64,000 bases of DNA from Octopus vulgaris (Eukaryota): assembly GCA_951406725.2 (NCBI GenBank), contig OX597817.1, positions 21,080,001 to 21,144,000 on the forward strand, read 5' to 3'. A model generated the notes under the pieces. That model searched no databases. It saw nothing but the letters and a program-made list of their open reading frames with translations, and was not told the DNA's origin. A program made the position numbers and the translations under genes. Numbering within the stretch: position 1 is the stretch's first letter; every line of letters begins with the position of its first letter. Of this stretch, positions 1-11,689 are shown piece by piece.

Positions 1-996
1 AGATTCGTTATAACAGAAAGCAGAGTGGCAAAAGAGCTCCGCTCTAGTTTCTTGCTCATCAAATGGGAAGGAAAAAAATTAAGAGATGATTTAGGGATGC
101 TGATATGTAATAACAATATATATGAGCGATCTAAGAAGAGGCTGATCCCCAAAATGGGAAATTAATGGCAGTTTTGTGGTCCGCTTAGATAGCATATAAC
201 CAAGGCGGGCGATATCAAATGCGCCGTTTATCTTACAAGCAACGCCACCATTTTCAGCTGTCATTTTCAAAATATCACTGTTGCCCAAGATGCAGAGAAA
301 GCAATGGATGCAGTCAAATTCATGTATTTCATATTTTATTTCTACATTTCAATTATTTCACATATAAATGCAGGCGCTCAGGTCTAATTTATATTACGTA
401 GATTTAGGGCATTTTTTCACCTAGCATATTAGATCACATCTTTAATCCGGTATACTCCTCCTCCTTGAGAGGAACATGAATTAGTTCTTCGCAGAATAAA
501 ACATTATGACTAGAAACAAATCGTAATACCTGCAGTAGATTTAAACTTACATTTCTGAATATTTAAATCAATATTTCAATGCTACATCTATATTGATTGT
601 CTATCATGTTGCTTAGTTCATTGAAAAAGACGCTTAAAATTAATATATCTGCAAGGCACAGACAGTGTCACGGTTTCTTGTAACTGAACATCCATTCTCT
701 GTTTGAAAAATGAGTCCAAACATACTCATTACAAATAGCATGTTATTAAATACTTAGTATAGTTTAGAAATGTGTATGTATTATGTGTGAAAACTTTCGA
801 GGTTTTAAAATTACACACGCGTACACGCTTCATATTAAATTGACGTTTTTATTAATCAAAGAGACAGCCTCTAGTAGTGGTGCACTACCAGACACAGCGG
901 ATGAGTATGCATCACATTTCTTTCTATCCTAGAGAAGTGGAAACTGAAAAAACAAACCAAAAACGGATTTCATTAGTTAGATGGCATACGTGTGTA

Positions 997-1050
<54 letters not shown>

Positions 1051-1946
1051 AGAGAGAGAGAGTAAACGATGCGCTCAAAACACCCAGGCATCTCTAAACA
1101 TACACAATTAGAACAACACACACTGCTTGGGTAGATCATATTTTTATAATAGAAATATCTACACGAGTAAACGTTTCCAATCTATTCAATAATACAATAT
1201 ATATCACTTATTGTCTCTAACGTATGGAAATATATCCACAGTCCACACGTCCCCTATGTACGAAGGCTTTAAATTGGCTTTATGAAATAATTATGATTGT
1301 TTACAGCATCACCTATTTGTTATATATTTAATACAAATACATTAAGAAATGTATATGCTTATTATAGTATAGACATAATTATAATATCGACACGCAAATT
1401 AACCTAATTACATTGCATTAAAAATATGACCTTACGTGGTCGATATATCCGTGGACTACTTACCCCATAGAAGTATAAGGCAATGATATAAACACAGCGC
1501 ATAACAACTGCACGGGATTAAAAGGAGTATTTTGATACAATGTTTCGCGTTACCTTTGTAACTATTATCACCCTAAACTACCTCTCTTGAATGAGGGTTG
1601 CGTGTAACCTCTCATTTGCATTTGACACATTTGAAGAGATAGACAGTCACTTCTATAAACTTAGTCTACGTTATTTATAACTAAAGACAAAGCCAAATTA
1701 CAGAAGTAGAATTGCTAGGACCTGTAAATTTTCCCAAGTAATGTATGTGTAACATTTCCCTCAAACAAGAAATCGTTTGTTATGCATGGACATCTTCTAG
1801 AAGCATGAACGTATTTGTTAAGCTTCAATATCTACCTGTTTTAACCTTCACTGTTTCATTTGCTCAAGATTACCTACTCTTATTTTAAGAAACTAAATTC
1901 TTGATATGCTTTTGAAACCTTAAATGATTTCGATTAAATGAAATCA

Positions 1947-2343
1947 TTTCTTACTATAGGCACAAGGCCTGAAATTACAGGGAGGGGGATAAACGATTGC
2001 ATTGACCCTAGGACATAACTGGAACTTAATTTATCGACCCCGAAAGAAGGGAAGAGGTAATGTCGACCTCGGTGGAATTTGAACTCAGAAGATAACGGCA
2101 AACGAAATACCTATTTCTTTACTACCCACAAAGGGCTACAGACAGAGGAGACAAACAAAGACAAACAAACGGATTAAGTCGATTACATCGACCCCAGTGC
2201 ATAACTGGTATTTAATTTATCGACCCCAAAAGGATGAAAGGCAAAGTCGACCCCGGCGATATTTGAAATCAGAACATAACGCAGACGGAATACGGCTACG
2301 TATTTTGCCAGGCATGCTAACATTTCTGCCAGCTCGCCGCCTT
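1947..2343 (-). mobile_element. tRNA-derived SINE, family A (dimeric copy)
   Basis: Minus strand starts aaggcggcgagctggcagaa (A-box-like); the body module with gagttcaaattcc (B-box-like) and gtcgactttgcctttcatcc occurs twice; homologous to 13305-13720 and 34258-35008. Confidence 0.85.
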
Positions 2344-2952
2344 TGAAACCATAAAAAATACACATCATGAAAGCAAATTTTTCTGTATTGGAAACACTAT
2401 TAGGTGATGGAGGTTCTATGGTACAAGCTTTTTTTTCTGTATGCCAAAACGTTTTTACTAATATGATAAATAAACCAGACGCGAATATAAGTCTTATCGC
2501 AAGGCAAAAAATAAATTCCGTATATACTATCACTTGTATCTAATCTTCTGATTATAAACAATTACAAGATGTTGTTACAGACTATTCGCTGTCTTTTGTG
2601 TTCTGCACCATTTTATTCAAATACTACCTGCTTCTACTAAGTTTTGTATATTTCCGACTGATTCGTCTATCGTGGGAAAACACCAATGATATGATGTGGA
2701 ATACATACATTTATAATGTAGAAAAGCTTACAAAATCTTAAGACTATTTTATTGTTATTTCATAATAGTAGGTCGAGAGAAAAATTGTGGTGCATGAGCG
2801 AATACGCTTTCATATATACTTTGATACTTTGATACTTTGATAGGTTTCGGCCATTATTGGCCCAGGCCATGTCTAACTTAATAGCACCACCTGGTGAAGT
2901 CTTTCAAGTCAGAATTTGGGCACTATGGCCCACTCAAGTAGAGAGTTATTGT

Positions 2953-4641
2953 TTACAGAGACATATCCGGGTGTAGGGGGTTATCCGGGATTTCTTGAAG
3001 GAATCTGTCCAAAGACTTCTTGAACCCTATAGGGTCAGTTTCTGTTTTAATGTGTTTTGGTGTAATGTTAAAGAGAGAGGGGCCAATTGAGGTGAAATAA
3101 TTGTGCCGTATTGTTGTTATGAGATGAGAGTACGATTTTTGTTTTGGGCGGATGGCACGGGGCCCAAGCCTTTGATGTACCCTAAAGGTGATGCCAACAT
3201 CATTTGGGCAATGCTGATGGAATATTTTCCACATCATGCAGATGATGTAGCGCTCACGACGACGTTGGAGAGAATAAAGTTTTAGCTTTTCTAGTCGACC
3301 CCAATAGTCGAGGCCTGTCATGCCATCTATCTTTTTTGTGATTGCCCTTTGAGATGCTTCAACTTTTATGATACCTTGTATTGTGTGGGGAGACCACAGT
3401 GGACAACAGTATTCAAGGTGGGGCCGGGCAAAAGTGGAGAAGAGAAGGATAATGGTGTGGATATCTCTCGACTGGAAAGTTCTGAGAATCCAGGAACACA
3501 TTCTGCGGGCCATGTCAACTTTGGTGTTTATATGAGTGGCCCAGCTTATGTTGTTGTCCACAATTACTCCCAAGTCTCTGATGTTGTTGGACGCCGCGAG
3601 AGTTTCACCTGAAGGAAGGGAGTATGGGAGTTTCAGGGCATCCTCTTTTCCAAAGTGGATTAACTCAAATTTATCCTCATTCAGCAGCATATTGTTTTTT
3701 TCTGCCCATTGGATAACAGCCAGTAGATCTGACTGAATGCATGTCCGGTCACTCGCCTCATTTATGACCTTCTGTAGCTTGGAATCATCTGCAAAAATTT
3801 TTATGTTGCTGTGCTTGATGATGTCATTAATGTCATTAATGTAAATGATGAAAAGAAGTGGGCCCAGCACAGTGCCTTGCGGAACGCCACTACTGACTTT
3901 GTCTGGGCTTGATTTTACCCCTTCAACTACAACATGTTGAGATCTGTCTGTCAGGAAATAATTGATCCATTTCAGTAACTTTCCAGAGACACCAATGTTG
4001 GATAGTTTTTTCAATAGGATCTTGTGATCGACCCTGTCGAAGGCCTTACTGAAATCAAGGTAGATGACATCGGTGTTGGAGCCCTCTCCCAAAGCTCTCA
4101 AAATGTCATCAAAGTGATGCAGGAGCTGCGTTAGGCAGTCCCTTCCATTACGGAACCCATGTTGTTTGGAGATCAGCCGTCTGTTGCTTTCCACAAATTG
4201 GGTTATTCGAGATCTCACCACCCTCTCAAATACCTTGATGATATGAGAGGTGAGTGAGATCGGACGGTAGTTCACTGCAAGGGACTTGTTTCCCTTTTTG
4301 AAAACTGGGACAACAGACTGGGACAGAAGGTTTTTTGGAATATAGCCAGCATCCAGTGAGTTTCTCCACAGATTAGCAAGTGGAGATGCAAGTTGGTGTC
4401 GACACACCTTCAGGACACAAGCAGGGAACCTATCGGGGCCTACTGCTGAATTGTGTTTTATTTCGTTTATCGCCGCTAAGACATCAGGGGCACTAAACGT
4501 TATGTCCGATATAGTTGGGGTTGACATCACTGATACAGCCCAGATCGGCCATATCAGGATTGCTGAAAACAGAGCAGTATTGTTTCTGCAGTATCTCGGC
4601 CATGGATTTGGCATTATCTTGGAGAGTGCCAGTTTCGTCAA
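2953..4641 (-). CDS. LINE ORF2 reverse transcriptase portion (frameshifted from the APE portion)
   Basis: YRPISLTS, QHGFR, YLDFSKAFDRV, GVPQGTVLGPLLF, FADD, DLGV, RPHLEYC, LYSLQRRR; a 1-bp shift near 2975 would restore a C-terminus PPTPGYVSVNNNSLLEW. Confidence 0.93.
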   Translation of the reverse strand: MTKLALSKIMPNPWPRYCRNNTALFSAILIWPIWAVSVMSTPTISDITFSAPDVLAAINEIKHNSAVGPDRFPACVLKVCRHQLASPLANLWRNSLDAGYIPKNLLSQSVVPVFKKGNKSLAVNYRPISLTSHIIKVFERVVRSRITQFVESNRRLISKQHGFRNGRDCLTQLLHHFDDILRALGEGSNTDVIYLDFSKAFDRVDHKILLKKLSNIGVSGKLLKWINYFLTDRSQHVVVEGVKSSPDKVSSGVPQGTVLGPLLFIIYINDINDIIKHSNIKIFADDSKLQKVINEASDRTCIQSDLLAVIQWAEKNNMLLNEDKFELIHFGKEDALKLPYSLPSGETLAASNNIRDLGVIVDNNISWATHINTKVDMARRMCSWILRTFQSRDIHTIILLFSTFARPHLEYCCPLWSPHTIQGIIKVEASQRAITKKIDGMTGLDYWGRLEKLKLYSLQRRRERYIICMMWKIFHQHCPNDVGITFRVHQRLGPRAIRPKQKSYSHLITTIRHNYFTSIGPSLFNITPKHIKTETDPIGFKKSLDRFLQEIPDNPLHPDMSL

Positions 4642-5870
4642 TTAGAGGGCCTACAGTGGAGACAGTGACCCTGCGTTTCCTCGCAAATGAAAAGAACACT
4701 TTGGGGTTGAGTTTGATTTTTTCAATGGCCCACTTCTCCTCAGCTGATCTTTGGTTATTGATGAGGGTCTTCATGCATTGTTGGAGGTTATATTTTTTGG
4801 ATTCAAGCAGTGCGATAGCCGTCGAATGTGTGTGTTGCTGTTGGCAGTACTTTAGTTTGTTAATTTTTTTGTTTGTTCTTTTTATTTTTCTGATAATGGT
4901 TTTTCTGTTTTGGGGGATTCTGCACTTTTTGTTCACAGGTCTTGGTGGGGAGTGTTTTGCACATATGTCTGTGACGGTGTCTACAAAGATCTGCCAAGAT
5001 GTTTTATGGTTGGTGGAGATGTGTGTATGTGTAAAGGACCAGTCAACATGTGATAGCTCGTTCCTGATTGCATCCCAGTTGGCATTATGGAGATCCATGT
5101 TGTCAAATGGGTGGGCTGGAGGAAGGTCACTAGGATTAGCTTTCGGCTGGTGGAATTTCATGTTACAGAGAACCATGTCATGGTCTGAAAGAAGGGTTTT
5201 TTCCACTGTAACGTCATGTATAGTGTTAGTGTGGTTACTAAACACTAGGTCCAAAATGTTCTGATGTCTTGTTGGTGCAAGGACAAGTTGGGACAAGAAA
5301 AACTCATTCGTAAAGTCGAAAAGTGACTCTGCTGCTTCTTTGTCAGCGGTTGAGGCGGGAGTGCTTGGTTTCAAACAGTTTGTAGTCCAGTCAACACAGG
5401 GTAGATTGAAGTCTCCCATCATGAGTATGTTGCTAGAATGGCACTGTTGAATAAAGCACTTAATGCTGTTGAGGCATTCTTTAAAGCACAGTATGGGTGT
5501 TTGGGGCGGCCTATAGAGCCCAATTACTGTCAGGTCATTGGCTTTGTTGTGCACGGTGACTGATTCACAGTAGCCGTTGGAGAATATACTATTTCCATCT
5601 GCCGTAAATGAATCATGCAGGAAAATGGCAGTTCCACTCTTCCTCCTGCCGATACGATCCGCGCGGATGGTTGTGATATTCTTCACTCTCACTTCGGCTT
5701 CCAAGTGGGAGTTGTCAAGGTGGGTCTCAGTGAGAATAAAAAAGCGATGTGGTGTGAATGGTTACCAACCCAGTCTTCAATGAATTGATTGGACCTTCCA
5801 TTTTTGTGCATTGATGGAAGGGCTGACACCTTGTGCATTGAGTAGGAATGTGGAGGTTAGTGTAGTGGCT
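4493..5870 (-). CDS. LINE ORF2 apurinic-like endonuclease (APE) portion
   Basis: ILTETHL, RADR, GLYRPP, MGDFN, LDLVFSN, SDHD motifs in the frame of ORF 4493-5704; the N-terminal FLLNAQG motif near 5830-5850 is cut off by a stop/frameshift near 5780. Confidence 0.88.
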
Positions 5871-6171
5871 GGTTTTGACTGTTGCAGGGGGCTTGGATTT
5901 TTTGTGTGTGTTAGTGGCAGCAATGTGGGGAATTGGTGCACTGGGGTAATAGCATAGGATGGTGTTGAGTGATGGCTAGAATGTTTTTGTGTATCTCTTT
6001 TGCCATGTTCAACATGGCTACAAAAGAATTTTCCTGCTTAGCGAGCAGTTTTTTGCTGGAGGTGTGGTTGCACTGTTGGATAGGGTTGTAGTTTCCACTT
6101 TTGTTGTTGTTGTTTTTGTGTCTTCCTGAAAAGACTGGACCAGCATTACTGCAGCATGATGTGTTTCTATT

Positions 6172-7134
6172 TTAATTTTTATTCAGGTTTGTGTGTTGGC
6201 TTGAAGCCCCGTTTCTGTTTGTGCGTCGGGTCCCTGGAAGATGAGTGAAGGGACAGTCACTCAGCAGACATGTTCTCTCACGTTGGGAATACCGGCAGAT
6301 TTTGGGACTCCGAGTTGTGTGTGTTTTGAATTTCGATTTACTATTTGGTGGTGTTGATGTTATTGTGGGATGAGTGCTTTGGCCTTGGCCAGTAGTGCGT
6401 CTAGTGCCGGGTAGATGCGTGAAGATGCAGTCACTATTTGTGCAGAGTCTCTGGCGCAGTGAATAGCGGCATATTTTGGGATTTCTTGTTTGTGCCGTGG
6501 GGGGCACATTCTGATTCCTATGTTTCTTTAAGTTTTTGTTACTGCAGTAGTATTGAGGTGGTGATGTGGGGGAAGAGGGCAGTGGTTTCTTATTTGGTTT
6601 TCTGTTGGTATTTTTGGTGATAGAAGACGATGGTGGCAGCGGTGGTGATGATGATGATGATAATTGTGGTGGTTGCCGTGAGAGCGGTGAAAAGTTACTG
6701 GCATTTAGTGAATCATCTAGTAAGCTAGAGTTGAGGAGTGGCTGTTGTTGTTCTTGTTGCTGTGGCTGTTGTTGTTGTGCTTGACCGATGTTAGGGTCAG
6801 CCATTGTGCTGGGAACCAGGAGTGGCTCATTATGTTGTTGTTGTTGTTGTGGCTGCTGATTTTCTAGCTGTTGCTGTTCTTGAACTGTGAAAATATGAAG
6901 AAGCTTTTCATAATGGCCTTTTGTCAGTTTGAAAGATACTTCGATATGTTTCAGTTTGCTACGAATCTGTTTGACGGATCGTGTGTTGACCACTTGTGAT
7001 GTTTTTTCGGCAATCTCATTCAAACACAAAACATTTAGATTTTCTGTTTGGGAAAGAGAGAACCATGTGTTTATTAAAACATCAAATTCGTTATCAGACC
7101 ACTTTCGTCTGTTGCAGGCCTGCAAGTTAGTCAT
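6172..7134 (-). CDS. LINE ORF1 with Myb/SANT-like N-terminus and two CCCH zinc fingers
   Basis: RRKWSDNEFDVLINTW...EIAEK...RSVKQIRSKLKHI; Q/P/S-rich linker; two CX8CX4CX3H motifs at about 6415-6471 and 6241-6297. Confidence 0.8.
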   Translation of the reverse strand: MTNLQACNRRKWSDNEFDVLINTWFSLSQTENLNVLCLNEIAEKTSQVVNTRSVKQIRSKLKHIEVSFKLTKGHYEKLLHIFTVQEQQQLENQQPQQQQQHNEPLLVPSTMADPNIGQAQQQQPQQQEQQQPLLNSSLLDDSLNASNFSPLSRQPPQLSSSSSPPLPPSSSITKNTNRKPNKKPLPSSPTSPPQYYCSNKNLKKHRNQNVPPTAQTRNPKICRYSLRQRLCTNSDCIFTHLPGTRRTTGQGQSTHPTITSTPPNSKSKFKTHTTRSPKICRYSQRERTCLLSDCPFTHLPGTRRTNRNGASSQHTNLNKN

Positions 7135-7605
7135 GTTTGTTTTTCTTTTGTTTGTTTTCCTTTTGATTTTTGAAAATATATATATTCTTTCTTGAGAGTT
7201 AAAGAAGTGTATATATATATAAATGTTCTCTCTTAAGGGTGTGAGTTTTTGATTATTTGGTTGTTTGATGATATTAAAAGAAAAACAGGTGTATATAACA
7301 ATTTGTAGTTAAATGAAAACGTACTTACGGGTTTGTAGGCAAACACGTTGTTACAAATATATATATATTTAAGGTCAGTTAACTTTTGAAGCTGTGTAGC
7401 TTGCTACTGACTTGGGAGAGAAACAAATAGACGTCCGTCCACTTCAACAGTTCAGCATATATATAAGATTTAATCTTTTTTCAGGGCACTGTTTCAATGT
7501 TTATAAACAGTTTAAAACTATTTTTTCTCCGTCTTATTCAACTGATGAGTTTATATTTCAGTTATACCAGTTGTGATTGAAGAGATATTCGTAAAAATGA
7601 AAACC

Positions 7606-8303
<698 letters not shown>

Positions 8304-9183
8304 TATATATATATATCTCACGGTATATTAACAGAGTGTCAATCTTTGTGTAATTTTACTATTTATGTTAATTTCTGAACAAAATACGACACTTCCTTTA
8401 TTACGATGTTTTTGAACGATGTTAGGCAAGATGCAGCTGTGAGAAATATTAGCCAACAGAAAATAATACTAAAAGGTTTTACAGCTTCAGTACACATAAT
8501 GTAGAGCCCTGCGTTTATAATACATGTATTTGATACATTCGTTAACAGAGATCATCCTTGCCATTTGAAGACAAGTAATTTCTTAACAGATATTTAAATT
8601 CTAAATTATTTGTAAACAAGCAAGGAACAGTATTCCATTAATATCAGCCGATCAAAATCTTTAAAAAAAAATAATAATGCAGTTAAGATTAGTTTTCTAT
8701 TTAGAGCCGTTTGACACAAGTTGTAGTTAACAGTTTTCATATGGTCATAGGAAACAAGTTATGAAACGTTTTTCACTGACTGGAGTTCTGTCTATGTGTA
8801 ACGAATGGGTAGCACTCATAAACAACAGCATTCGTAAAAAAATTACTCGACTATCACGGGTGTTACGTTCTAAAACCCAGCGTAGTTGGTTAAAATCCGC
8901 GAAGTTGAAACAGTAGCGTACTGTATGCTTTTAAAAATTATTTTAATAGTTTTTTAAAATATGTTTTTAATTATAAATGCAAAATAACACCACGGAGGAA
9001 TCGATTAAGCTTAAATAATAAACTCTGATTGGTGAACCGTGGTAGGTGAACTGCGATATGGCGATGGATTACTGTAAAATAATTTTATTTCTCTGCACAA
9101 ATCTTTTACATGATGGTCGTGACTTGAAACTGCAAAAACAAAGTTTACACACTGGAAAAGACAATTCTATAGCTGTTAGAATT

Positions 9184-9406
9184 GTGGAGGCGCAATGGTC
9201 CAGTGGTTAGGGCAGCGGACTCGCGGTCGTAGGATCGCGGTTTCGATTCCCAGATCGGGCGTTGTGAGTGTTTATTGAGCGAAAACAACCTGTATTTCAA
9301 GGGGCCGGCCTTGTCACTCTCTGTGTCACGCTGAATATCCCCGAGAACTACGTTAAGGGTACACGTGTCTGTGGAGTGCTCAGCCACTTACACGTTAATT
9401 TCACGA
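9184..9406 (+). mobile_element. tRNA-derived SINE, family B (internally deleted, 3'-truncated)
   Basis: Head ggaggcgcaatggtccagtggttagg...ggtttcgattccc; 15-bp TSD atagctgttagaatt at 9169-9183 and 9407-9421; homologous to 33353-33737. Confidence 0.88.
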
Positions 9407-10548
9407 ATAGCTGTTAGAATTAGTGGATTGAAAACGCTCTGTAAATAAACTACCAAACCGGCAGAAAGCATATCATGCTCTGTTCATTACTGCAAAATAT
9501 TCGCTGGCTTCTGCTAGATTGAGTAAAACGTCAATAAAATGACTGTTAAGAAAAAGCTAAATGTGAATGTGGTTAGCTTAGCCAGCCAGAAACTGAAGCA
9601 AATGGTGAGATGTGTGAAATGAAGCAGCCGCTCTCTGCGCAATATGCCTAGTTGTCTTTGACACTCCAAAAATACGCCTGGTTATAAGCATTGTAAAGGG
9701 ACGTTCTAGGTGATTCCGGAAAGTTGTATCATGTGACGTCTGGATGCTGATTGGTCCATGCCTCGCTTCATTATGTGAAAAGTCTGTTGTTTAAATCTGT
9801 GATTCTAACTTTGCAAATTGTCGATCCTGTTTCGAAACAGCTACATGCTATTTTCGGCTGAATTTGAAAATTGTATTTTAAATATATTTTCATATTTTGC
9901 CCTACATTGTATTCAATAATATTTAATATGGATAGTCTAAATATTTGTGTGTTTCCATTATTCCTTCAAACTTTTAGAGACCTGTTCATTTGCAAAGCGA
10001 ACCAATTGAATTTTCAAGCAAAATTATTTTCGGTTTTTAGATACAACCACTATAGATTTTTAGAAAAATAGATACTTGAACTTTTTAAAACTAAAGCGAT
10101 TGAAGTGGGAAACATGTGTTTTCTCTGCATAAAGATTATACATGTAACAAGCAATAAAGATTTTTCATTGTCAACAAATATTTTATATCTAATCAATTAA
10201 GCTGATTTCGAAAAAAATATTAACATTTAAACTTCACAATTGTTTTCACAAATGAGAAAGGATATTCCGTACTCCAGTGGAGTGCATTACGCAAGTACGT
10301 AAATTTGCATTAATTGATCTATCAATTTTATGGTTTATAGGTTTATTGTTTCTATATATTTTCAGAATTGAAAACGAGAAGAACCTACTGAAATAATACA
10401 GATATATTTTGTTATAAATCAAGAGAATATACACGTATATACGAAGACAAAATATATAGTTTGTAAAACAAATATTTCCTCATACCATAAATAACGCAGT
10501 GCTATGAAATGTTTTATTTTTCAAAATTACGATAAACAAGGTTCTTTT

Positions 10549-10814
10549 TCAATCTAAACTCTTCGGTCTTTCATTTTCAACAATGCCCTTCTATCTATAC
10601 GGTAGACATGCAAGGACCCTCTTCCAAAATTCACTTGTCCGTGACGAAAAATACCGCTCCAATACTGTTCTGATCTCGTCTACATAATTCATATTTTTTC
10701 CGCCCTAATCATTTTGAAGAATGCCGAATAAATGATAATTGATTGGGGTTATGTCCAGCGAATATGGTGAGTGGGTCGTCGTTCCCCATTCAGTCTGCTC
10801 CAACTTTTCGAATG
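10549..10814 (-). pseudogene. Mariner transposase C-terminal fossil
   Basis: Translates EWGTTTHSPYSLDITPINYHLF...YFSSRTSEFWKR...LPYR*KGIVENE, matching the mariner HPPYSPDLAPSDYHLF motif; contains stops. Confidence 0.8.
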
Positions 10815-10838
10815 TCATATGCCCAGGGGCATATATAT

Positions 10839-10905
10839 GGCGTAGTGGTTAAGAGCGCGGGCTACTAACCCCAAGATTCCGAGTTCAATTCCAGGCAGTG
10901 ACCTG
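10839..10905 (+). mobile_element. tRNA-like SINE head followed by (AAT)n
   Basis: tggcgtagtggttaagagcgc (A box) and gagttcaattcc (B box), then (AAT)n at 10906-10995. Confidence 0.7.
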
Positions 10906-10927
10906 AATAATAATAATAAAAATAATA

Positions 10928-10976
<49 letters not shown>

Positions 10977-11376
10977 TAATAATAATAATAATAATAGGTA
11001 AACAACAAGAAAAACGAGAACATGAAGTACAAAAATATGGAAAAAGAACTCTTTTTGAACAACGAAAGAAACAAATAGAGTCAAGAGACAAGCAAGATAA
11101 AGAACCATCTCCTTATCAGTTGTCCACTGTTTTAGAAACGCGGAGTAGATAAAACAATGGACAACATGTGTAGAGATTGTCCTTTGTGTTGCCTCTCTCA
11201 TTTTACATGCTGTTCATGTTTTTTGACATCCTATACACATATATGCATGTGTATATACATATATATGTAAGTATCAACATGTATGTATGAATATATACAC
11301 ACAAACACACACACATATATTTATATTATTTATTTTATTATATGATCGACCGCCACGCATCCATTTCCATGTAAGT

Positions 11377-11462
<86 letters not shown>

Positions 11463-11495
11463 CTATATATATGTCTATCTATGTATCTATCTATG

Positions 11496-11596
<101 letters not shown>

Positions 11597-11689
11597 TCAT
11601 ATTTAGCAATTCGTTTTGCAAGATTTCACATCCTCATTTGAAACAATGTGTTGAAACAGATATTATTGTACTTTGGGATGGTCACTTTT

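Larger units (their letters stand above)
2819..7455 (-). mobile_element. Full-length, near-intact CR1/L2-group LINE (ORF1 + APE/RT ORF2)
   Basis: ORF1, APE and RT in order; 3' tail (TATCAAAG)x3 at 2819-2842; candidate 8-bp TSD catatata at 2811-2818 and 7456-7463. Confidence 0.92.

Noticed and set aside
4515-5264. 249-aa plus-strand ORF and similar antisense ORFs inside the LINE and PLE
   Set aside because: Antisense shadows of TE coding frames with no recognisable motifs
10839-10905. Possible real tRNA gene (also the heads at 9186 and 33737)
   Set aside because: Acceptor stems are imperfect and the sequences continue into SINE bodies or simple repeats
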